Shown: positions 52,501 to 61,474 of the stretch, piece after piece
How positions within the stretch are numbered: the stretch's first letter is position 1
Layout of the letters: every line of letters starts with the position of its first letter
Source: Octopus sinensis
Lineage: Eukaryota
DNA: 64,000 bases
Reading direction: 5' to 3'
NCBI RefSeq assembly: GCF_006345805.1
Contig: NC_043010.1
Coordinates: 47,120,001-47,184,000 of the forward strand
The notes under the pieces: model-generated
Databases searched by the model: none
Told to the model about the DNA's origin: nothing
Seen by the model: the letters and a program-made list of their open reading frames with translations, nothing else
Position numbers and translations under genes: made by a program

Positions 52501-54031
52501 GTTCACACAGAATGCATTCTGTACTACTCCAAATGTAGCTACGATATTAAACAAACACAGTAACCAATATGGATGATCAACACTGTCAAATGTACTACTG
52601 TCAACTTCTGACAGTTCACACAATTCTTTATTTTATTGAAATTCGTTTGTCCCCTTTCAGTCACATGGGGTTGGTCAGGATCCTTCCACAAGAGGGGTAC
52701 AAACCCAGGTCCAAAGTTTTTTACAAACAAGGTTTTATTTGTTTTTGTTATTTAATTTTGTTCTTTGTTCTTTGACTAGAAACCTACCTTCAAGCTCCTT
52801 TTTACATATCACGTTTAATGCACTGTTTTCTAAACCTGAGAAGAATAAATAGGCATGCAAATTTTGATTTTGTGCCCACAAGAAATTTTAGAAGGTGTGC
52901 CTGCACCCTCTGTTCCCAGGCCCATGTTTCTTTGTAGATGATAAAATGGGTTCCAAAAGACCTAAAGAAGCAACTGCCATGAAATGATTTGATTGTAAGG
53001 GCTCTTGTTGTAATCATAGAAGAAACAAAAGATAGGGAGTATATATTGGTAATTTAAAGATGTTGAGTGCTGTTGGTTACACAAATTTGACTAAGCAGAA
53101 TGGCTTTCAGTTAAGAATGTTGTTGATATGTAATCCAATAGCTAAATAGTCCATAGTAGGGCACATTAAAAACCCTGTAATGTGTAAGACAATTTTCAGG
53201 ATCAATTTTTGTTTTGAAGTAGGGACACTTACTAAGCTGAATGATGGTAGTCCATCCCAAGTAGCCTTTTTGTGAGAGAAGGGGTCAAACTCGAGGACTG
53301 CTCTGGACAGTATACTGAGTAGGGAGTTTTACTGTCATAAACTTCACAGACTTCTAATAGTTAGAAAGGGGATGAAATTGAATGTGAAGGAGGAGCAGAT
53401 TAGGCAGAATGACTCCAGAGTATACGGGCCTGAATAGGAAAAAAACACTGCTCACAGTAATGGAATAACCTGTAAGAAATAGATCTGCCAATTGACTTCA
53501 TTAAATCAAACCTTTTGCATAATGTTATTTAGAAATAACACAAAGTAGTCAGTGGCAAATTATACAAGTTAGCTAGGCTACAAATGTATTTTATGCTTTT
53601 TGTATAAATGTAAGTCCTTTGACGACTGGAAATAAGGTTGGACAATTGTACTGTAGTGCTGATGATGGCTGATGAGCTAGAAATACATGTTCATGAGTGT
53701 CCTGTTATCTCCAGACAATAAGCTTGTACTTTGGAGAATTCTTGATTTTGGGGATTATTTCCCTTTCTCATGTGGACCTGATCTTAATTGCCATTTAGTA
53801 ACTATCACACATCCACTAGAGGCAGAGATAAATTTAGTAAATCAAGAATGTTCATTGTATGATATTTGATAAACCTATATTCATATCACCACCACGATCA
53901 CTACCGCTATTGTCATCATTGTCATCGTCATCATTGTCATCGTCATCATTGTCATCGTCATCATTGTCATCGTCATCATCATCATCATATTTGTCATTTA
54001 ATGTTCATATCTATCTATCTATCTATCTATT

Positions 54032-54094
<63 letters not shown>

Positions 54095-55222
54095 GAAGAA
54101 GAAAAAGAAAATGGAGACTGGGAAGTAAAAAAAAGCAGGTTAATTATCATCCTTTACAGCTGTTTCAATTAATATTCAGTAAATATTAAGTAAGTATTAA
54201 ATTGATATGATCTGAGCAAAATATCTTCAGAGGGAAAAAATATATTCTTGGATGTTTTATATGTGTTTATGGATTCATTATAGCAGACTGAATGGTATTG
54301 TTTATGATTTGTATTGTTATATATTCAGGCAAGGGGTTAGGTTTCTTGTCAAAGAACAAAGAAAAAAATAAATAACAAAAATAATACAACTTTGTTTGTA
54401 AAAACATATAACAATATAAATCATAAACAATATCATTCAGTCTGCTATAATGAATCCATAAACACATATAAAACATCCAAGGGCATATTTTTTCCTTCTG
54501 AAGATATTATGCTCAGGATATATAAATTTAATATTTACTTAATATTTACAAAGTATTAACTGAAACAGCTGTAAGGCATGATGATTAGTCTGCTGTTAAT
54601 AATAAATAATTATTAACTTCCCAATCTCCATTTTCTTTTTTTTCTTTTATATGAATATAAAATATATGTTTTTATATATATATACCAATTATTATAAGGA
54701 AATTGATTCTTCCAAAATACTAGGTATTGAACCAGCATTTCCTTGGATGAAACCATCCCTTCATGAGGTTATTACAACCTCTAATCAAGTTGAGTACATA
54801 TATATATATATATATATATTGCATACTATATAGTACATACACATACATATATATGTATTTATATATCTATAGATACACATATATATATATGATATATTAT
54901 ATCACAAACACATTTTACACACACCACACACACACACATATGTATGTATATATATATATAATATATATATATATATATACTTTATATGTGAGGGGTTTGT
55001 GTTGTCAGGTTGTGTTCCTGTTTGTGAATATGTTTTGTGATCTATTGATAAAAGGAAATCACTAAAATAAGTACCAGGCTGAAATGATTACTAGAGTCAC
55101 GAAAATTGACAAAAATTCTTGCTAGTGGTGCCCCTGTTTGGTTGCCGTCCAATAACTGCGACCAAATAGGGACACCACTGGCAATAAAAGACTGAATGTA
55201 TAATTCATTTAGATAACTCAGG

Positions 55223-55291
<69 letters not shown>

Positions 55292-55373
55292 GAGAGAAAG
55301 AGAGAAAGAGAGAAAGTGCATACACTTACAATATCCTCCACACATACACACACATGTATGAATGTATATATAA

Positions 55374-55454
<81 letters not shown>

Positions 55455-55790
55455 CAGATAGATAGATAAGTGTAAAGATAGACATGTAGTGTTAATATTT
55501 CTATTGATCAAATAGAATCAAATAAGAAAATTGTGATCTGTAACTACTTTTAATAAAGAAGAATGAAGAGAAACGTTATAGAATAAAACCAACTGAAAAA
55601 CAACTGAAATAAATACAAAAAAAACGTGATTCCCTAAAACTCATTATTTCTCTTTCCTCTCTTCTGCAAATCTCCCCCCCCCCCTATTTTTAAACATTCT
55701 TTTTTTTTTAATTATAAAAACAATAAACAATAAAATCCATACCCAGTCAATTTCATCAGAAGCGGGTAGTTTAAACTTTGTCTTCGTCAT
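39393..55790 (-). CDS. TEX36: TEX36-like HDNR-motif protein, 4 exons, 209 aa
   Basis: Exons 55790-55743, 48276-48133, 43785-43705 and 39749-39393 are all phase 0 and GT-AG. Motifs MTK..F..P.SD...[14 protein letters not shown] and RRFPKKY are colinear with human TEX36 as I recall it (MTKGRRFNPPSD..W, FSVHDNRH, GRKK, RRFPRCY). Confidence 0.78.
40015..40125. repeat. (ATT)n microsatellite
   Basis: Read directly. Many other (TA)n, (CA)n and (GAT)n tracts occur, e.g. 34462-34500, 51040-51145, 53895-53990 and 54038-54088. Confidence 0.95.
40626..40872. mobile_element. Foldback element/MITE with ~96-bp near-identical inverted arms
   Basis: Arms 40626-40721 and 40778-40872 differ at about 4 positions; 56-nt spacer. 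Confidence 0.85.
40985..42345 (+). mobile_element. 5'-truncated, degenerate Penelope-like element (RT C-half plus GIY-YIG endonuclease)
   Basis: FIDD catalytic motif; FLDI; [19 protein letters not shown]; GIY-YIG-like NVIYCITC...LYIGQ near 41960-42020. Stops and frameshifts are present. Confidence 0.88.
43705..43785 (-). CDS. TEX36: TEX36-like exon 3 ([27 protein letters not shown])
   Basis: Acceptor TTTTTCCAG, donor GTAAGT; 81 nt; contains the HDNR motif. Confidence 0.85.
47815..48075. repeat. Degenerate ~10-bp repeat (TACTACATGG / CATGGTACTAATCTG)
   Basis: Repeated CATGGTACTA-like words. Confidence 0.7.
48133..48276 (-). CDS. TEX36: TEX36-like exon 2 ([16 protein letters not shown]...LPFHQKTM)
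   Basis: Acceptor TCTTTGTAG, donor GTAAGG; 144 nt open frame. Confidence 0.8.
48965..49560 (-). mobile_element. Mariner transposase remnant
   Basis: [20 protein letters not shown]...[16 protein letters not shown] (WVP and first catalytic D motifs). Confidence 0.85.
49957..50207. repeat. 31-bp minisatellite x8 (TTTTCCATTACTATAACACTGGCCTCTTCTC)
   Basis: ACACTGGCC recurs every 31 nt from 49972 to 50189. Confidence 0.95.
52560..53560 (-). mobile_element. Decayed N-terminal part of a Penelope-like element ORF
   Basis: Frameshifted minus-strand peptides [15 protein letters not shown] / FNFIP and FGPGFVP resemble PLE N-terminal FL..C...IP..L and LG.KF.P motifs; the region is adjacent to a hammerhead. 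Confidence 0.4.
53626..53714 (+). ncRNA. Type I hammerhead ribozyme motif (PLE-associated, minimal helix III)
   Basis: CUGAUGA 53659-65; helix II UGGCU-GAUG-AGCUA; GAA 53680-82; helix III AU-ACAU-GU; H17 = U53691. Helix I comprises GUG/CAU, GGACA/UGUCC and CUGGA.AUAA/UUAU.UCCAG. Confidence 0.7.
54149..54236 (-). ncRNA. Hammerhead-like motif in left arm of inverted repeat (TEX36-sense strand)
   Basis: CUGAAGA, a ~57-nt helix II region, then GAAACAGCUGUA with palindromic helix III. Helix I UCCCU/AAGGA pairs 4 of 5; the helix II closing pair is U.U. Confidence 0.5.
54493..54577 (+). ncRNA. Hammerhead-like motif in right arm of inverted repeat
   Basis: CCUU-CUGAAGA (54498-54504), then GAAACAGCUGUA-AGG (54562-54576); 3-bp helix I. 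Confidence 0.45.
55224..55470. repeat. Compound (GATA)n/(GACA)n/(GA)n microsatellite
   Basis: Read directly from the sequence. Confidence 0.95.
55743..55790 (-). CDS. TEX36: TEX36-like exon 1 ([16 protein letters not shown])
   Basis: ATG at 55790; donor TGG|GTATGG; 48 nt; CpG-rich context. Confidence 0.72.
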
Positions 55791-55881
55791 AGTAAGTTAA
55801 TTCACGGTAAAATAAGTCGTTCATTCACCAAGATAAAAAAGTTAGATTGAGAGTCGGCGGCTGCAGACGACAATCAAGAAA

Positions 55882-55946
55882 TGACGTCATCAATAAGCAG
55901 CAGTTTCGGTTGAAACAATGAACAAAACGAATGGATTCGTCATTGG
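55882..55946 (-). promoter_or_regulatory. TEX36-like proximal promoter: perfect CRE, degenerate X-box, CCAAT box
   Basis: TGACGTCA 55882-55889; GTTTCGGTTGAAAC 55903-55916 (11/14 identity to the X-box GTTTCCATGGAAAC); ATTGG 55942-55946. All lie about 90-155 nt upstream of the ATG. Confidence 0.55.
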
Positions 55947-57119
55947 CTCATTAGATCAGACGTTTGATCACTGACTAAAAAAGCTCAATGGTTCGAATCC
56001 CATCGGCGGTGTATTGTGTTGACGGGGAAAGAAAAGACAAATTGCATCAGGGTCACATTTTTGCAGAATGAAGTATTTCGAACGGGTATTACTGATAGTG
56101 GCTGAGTTCTAATGCCGCCGAGGTCGATTTTAACTTCCATCCTTTTGGGATCAATAAAATGAGTATCAATTTAGCACTGGCGTCGAAGAAATCGATTAAC
56201 CACTTCCCCACAAAATTGCTAGCCTTGTACCATAATTTGAAACCATTACTGACAGTGATGTAGCGTGGGGTATGCGGACCGCACCAGCCAACAACTTTAT
56301 ATACGTGTTTGCTGTTGTTAAAGGAATATTCCTTAAAAGGAAGGTCATGGCCAATTTGGCTACTGCAAAGAGCGATACTGAGGTCTATTATAAATGCTGT
56401 TATCTGTCCTGGTCTGTGATAAAAATGCTCACACTTTCAATCTACTTTATTTCTATCTCCACATTCCTAAGTGGACGAAAGGTTAACGTTATAAAGCGGA
56501 CAGTTAGACATTAATATTTACACAATTAGTTTAGCCATATCAAAGACGTTCCTGTCGTGACTATGACGTCACATTTTCGAACATTTTCGTTTATTTTCCC
56601 TTAGAAGGAGGAAATAACCACAACATATACTTTATTTTCGTTTAGATTGCTGGAGGAAAAATGTTCTACATATTGACTTAAGAAGTTCCAATCTGTGTTA
56701 CTTAGTTTTTAAAGTTAATATTTGAAAATTTCTGAGTTGTACTTGCGATTTGATCAGAAAAAATGAAGTAACTACATCAAGGAAGACCCATTCAAACCAT
56801 TTAATGACACACGAAGCTATTACATTCTCTTTAAGTTTAAATTTATTTCTTAAAGTGTCAAAATTTTTGTTACACAATAGTGGTTTGTTCTAATGTAACT
56901 GAATCAGTTGAACTTTGTTGATGATCAGGTTGTAATTGTGGAACAAAAACGTTGACAAGCTTATGGAATAAATTTTGATTTAAAGAGAATTTTAAAAAAA
57001 AAGCTGTGTGTTATTAAGTATTTGTAAGAGAATCAATAAAGCATTTATTGCTATATCATACATTTTCTGACAATATTATATGTATGAATCGTATCTACAC
57101 AAGATGTCTGAATGTTAAG

Positions 57120-57283
57120 ATGCATGGTGACTACCTCATCCCATCTGACTTTGGAGTGCAACAGGGTGACCCATATGGACTGCTTTCATAGCCAAACAGA
57201 ACAAAATCCTTAAGTATCAGGCCCTGTCAGTAAACAGTCTCCTCCAGCCTGTGGCATTTGAGACATTTGGAGGGGCTGAATTT
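57120..57283 (+). mobile_element. Collapsed RLE-type (CRE/NeSL/R2-like) LINE remnant
   Basis: GVQQGDPYGLL (RT motif) is directly followed by K..KY..L....LQPVAFETFGG (restriction-like endonuclease end). Confidence 0.7.
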
Positions 57284-59770
57284 CTTCTTAGCATGCATCT
57301 ATACTCATTGATAGTCTGTGTATGGATTCTCTCATCATTGGATGAACAAAATTTAAAGAATGGTTTGTTAATATATATGTGACCTAAACTAACTTAGGAA
57401 GTCCACCAATCAGATATCAAATGTGTCCTTGTGGCTTTTTACCGGTGTTGTTGGATATACCTATTATAATATGTTGCAGCTGTGTAACTCAGCTGCTATT
57501 ACAGAAATGCTCATGAGAAGATATTATTACATAATTAGATAAAATTATGGGATTTCACTATTGTAATTTCCAGCACAATTTACTTTCACTTTTTACAACA
57601 CTAAACTGCATACTAACCTTATTTTGCAGAGCTATTTTGCATGCCTTGTAATTGAAATGGTTGTAATGGAAATAAATGAGAAACGACAAAGAGACTAGCA
57701 CTAATATCAAAATTATTTAATAATGCTAATATGATTGACTGAGTTATATGAAATCCAGAGTATAATATTTAGTGTAAAAACGGTAACAAAGATAGCAGCA
57801 AACAATCAGTGTACCAGAATAAATACATGGAAGACAGCATTTGCAAAAATAAAATTAGAGGCAAATGAATGATAATTCATCCATGTAATATATTGATCAT
57901 CAAGTATTGTAGTGTAAAGCTGTTTGTAGAATATTGCTGTCAGAAAATAAACAGTGTATTTCTAGCATAATAGTTCAAATATGTTCTTGACAAAAATAGT
58001 CCACAAATAATTATGGCTTATTAGCGATAGTTATTAAGAGTTTATATATAACAGAATAAAAGTTATATTTTTGGTTCGTGTGCATGTATATGCAAACAAA
58101 TGTGTTGGTGAGACATTCTCTGCATTTTTTGCGTGGTAGATGTTAATATGTATGTGTTAGTCTGAAGGTTACAAAATTTGTATTGTGTTGAATCTTGTTG
58201 CCATCCTTTTGACCATTTAATGTTTAGAAAATAACTAAGGCTCAAGAAGACATTCATAAAAATACATTTGCCAAACACAAAGCAATCTGATAGGCTGAAA
58301 ATAGCCTATAAAATCATAATCATCTAATTTTTTCAGATCTCTGCTACATACAAGTAACTGAATCATGTGACAAGGGTTATTACAATGAGTGTGAAGATCA
58401 AAGCTAATCAGATACCAGGATCGTGTGGTATAAAAGGTGTGTTAAAACCATTTGGTGTATTTTCTGTCCATAAGGTATCTTGCATAAGAGATGGTGGTAC
58501 TGCTGTGCTGACATTGATTTTAATTAATGACTTACATGACTGGTGATTATTATAATAGGGCAATTAGTTTCTGTTGTTCATAAGTGAGGTGAAGTGGTAA
58601 TGAGGAGAAAGCTGGCTCAAAGGTACTGGAAAGCAACAAACTGGCACAAAGGTACTGGAAAGTAACAAGCTGGGTTGACAGCCAAAAGGTAAAACAAATT
58701 AAAAGTAGTGGCTGCTCAAAATAACAAGGGAACTCTGTATAAGTTTAGAAACCATGTGTTGGCCAATTGTGTATCAGAGACAAGGTCAGGGACAGAAGTA
58801 AGGGTAGGGACAGGGACAGGGAAGGGGAAGGAACGGGTCAGGGAAGGGGTAGGGTCAGGAGAGGGAGAAGTAGTGGTGAGTGAAATCTGCAGTTTTTTTA
58901 AAACTAAGTTTTCTCCTCGGTTATTTAGCCCATCTGTAATGCTTTCACGTGATTAGTTGAAGAGAAAGGCAAAGAATGAAAGAAAAAGGAGAGAGAAAAA
59001 GAGGGTAAAGCGAAGTCTATAAAATTGTGCATACAGTATATAAAATGCATACATATAAAGTGCCTTAAGTAATTATCGTATTCCAATTTCCTTCACTTTT
59101 CAATGATTTGCAGATGAGCAACTATATTTAGACACAGATACAACACAGGCTATGTTTTCAGGTTTTTTGGATAAAGTTTTCAGAAATAACCTAATAAGCT
59201 TATCATTAACTCAGTGAAATATTCACAGGTCCTGCTAGTAGGTATAAATATACAAGTCAACCACTGAAAATTCTAGGTAATATTTTGCAGTAAGATCCTT
59301 CAGAGGAAGCCCATTTGTGATACTTGTATTCACAATCTTACTCTTTTAATCATTACCCAACATTCTTGACCACAAGTGAGGTGAGGCATGGAAACAGAAT
59401 TGAACTCTGCTACACACCCTGTAGAGTAACATTAATCAAAAATCCATTAGAGAATCCCCATTTCTGATGCTTGTATTCACAGTTTTACTCTTTTAGCCGT
59501 TACCCAACATTCCTGAGCACAGGTGAGGAGAGGCATGGAAACCAAACTGAAGATAACAAGTTTTAACTTTTTTTCATCAACCTCTCCTCTTCTGAGAATC
59601 AGATGCTGGAGCTGGTGCATTACTGTGCTCAGTCACAACCAAAAAACAAAGCTACATCAAAGTCCTGATTGATGAATAACACTAACAAAATTTTAATTTT
59701 TTCTTTGTCTTTGGTCAGTAAGTGTTATTTCCTATTTACTTCTATCTAGAAATCAAATGAAATTTTTTTT

Positions 59771-60165
59771 TTCTTTTACTTGTTTCAGTCATTTGACTGC
59801 GGCCATGCTGGAGCACTGCCTTTAGTCGAGCAAATCGACCCCGGGACTTATTCTTTATAAGCCCAGTACTTATTCTATCGGTCTCTTTTTGCCGAACCGC
59901 TAAGTTACGGGGACGTAAACACACCAGCATCGGTTGTCAAGCAATGCTCGGGGGACAAACACAGACACACGCACATACATATATACATATATACATATAT
60001 ACGACAGGCTTCTTTCAGTTTCCGTCTACCAAACCCACTCACAAGGCATTGGTCGGCCCGGGGCTATAGCAGAAGACACTTGCCCAAGGTGCCACGTAGT
60101 GGGACTGAACCCGGAACCATGTGGTTGGTTAGCAAGCTACTTACCACACAGCCACTCCTGCGCCT
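59771..60165 (-). mobile_element. tRNA-headed SINE family A, full-length young copy
   Basis: Head GGCTGTGTGGTAAG...GGTTCAGTCCC (A/B-box like), internal TA/CA microsatellite and conserved 3' body. Other copies at about 1775-2150(+), 3230-3450(-), 10229-10623(-), 18170-18540(-), 26150-26460(-), 36330-36520(-) and 40275-40615(-). Confidence 0.88.
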
Positions 60166-61439
60166 CCTGACTACTATTTTCTTTAAACTTTTGCTTTTGT
60201 GACCTGGACATCAATATCTTGAAACTGACTTATTTTCCGTAACATTTCAAACAGATTCAGTACTGAGTTGCTGAAGTAGGATTTTCTAGAACTTTTGTTA
60301 TAGCAAAATATTCTACTCAATACCACAGATTTGCTTGACCTTAAACACTTGAGCATGTTCCTTAGTGGCTGACAATATGGTCATCTCTGATCATGAGCAG
60401 GGGTAGTGGAAGAGTATCAGAGCCAAATGTTGAGAAGGTTTCTTTGGGTTTCAATAAATATAGTAATAAAAGCAAGGTTTGAAGGAAATATTTGCCATTT
60501 CTCATATTTTCTAGGGATAAGCAAATAGGAAATAACAGTGTAATTAACAATAAATATTATACAGAATACTATATCAACAATGAATAATATTAAGGCAAAA
60601 ATATACTAGATATTGATATCTTTATTTCAATTTTACTCTTTCATTATAATCTTCTTTCCATTATTGTCTCCAAATATTTATAAAATAGATAGGAAAATGT
60701 AAAATTTGAATCATAATAGTATGAATTGTAATGACAAATATCTAATTGACTTGCATTGACTTGCTTTAATTTTATTACCTTAAAAGTGATAACATCATCA
60801 AAAATTTTTTTTCTCTATTAATTCTAGTTTTTGTACATTTTTATGCGGCAAACTGATATAATCATCAAAGCCTTGTTTTTATTCTGGTTCTTTATATTTT
60901 GTGTCCAAATCTTGTCAAAGTCAACTTTATTTTCCATGCTTCTGAGGCCAATAATTAAAGAATCAATTAAGTACTAGGGTTGATTTCTCTTTCTTTCTCT
61001 CTTATTCTCACTTTCTCCAAATTGGTTATATTGTACCATGTGAAGGGCTGTGGGGGGGGGGACCACTCAGAGTGTTTCTTTTTCCAGAAATAGAGGAAGG
61101 TTGATTGAGGGGTTAGCAATGTGTTCTCATAGATATACTGATTTATTACTGCAACTGTTCAAGGACAAAGCAATATGAAACACAGCACGAAATGCAAATA
61201 AAGATGTATAGATTTATTTTTTAGCCTTTATTGCATAGGAAATTATATAAAAGTTTAAAATTAATCAGAAATATATGTCTATATCAATATAATATTTATA
61301 CAAATATGTTTATAATTATAATTAATATTTATATAAATACATATAAACAATATAAAACACACATACACAACATAGGTGTTTTGTATGTGTATTCAATATG
61401 GTTTATATCCCTTGGGCTGCTTTTCATTCATATTCGAAT

Positions 61440-61474
<35 letters not shown>

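Larger units (their letters stand above)
54091..54650. repeat. Long inverted repeat: arms 54091-54323 and 54406-54650, ~82-nt spacer
   Basis: Direct reverse-complement alignment of the arms, e.g. GGATGTTTTATATGTGTTTATGGATTCATTATAGCAGACTGAATG matches exactly. Confidence 0.9.

Noticed and set aside
53859-54128. Poly-Ser, poly-His and YI-repeat ORFs
   Set aside because: They are translations of (TCATTG)n, (CAT)n and (TA)n microsatellites.
58337-58474. Possible plus-strand exon (MSVKIKANQIPGSCGIKGVLKPFGVFSVHK)
   Set aside because: It has no recognisable homology and I found no compatible partner exons; the evidence is insufficient.
59934-60170. tRNA-like A/B boxes and ORFs in SINE copies
   Set aside because: These are SINE heads without a complete cloverleaf; the ORFs recur in every copy and are repeat artefacts.
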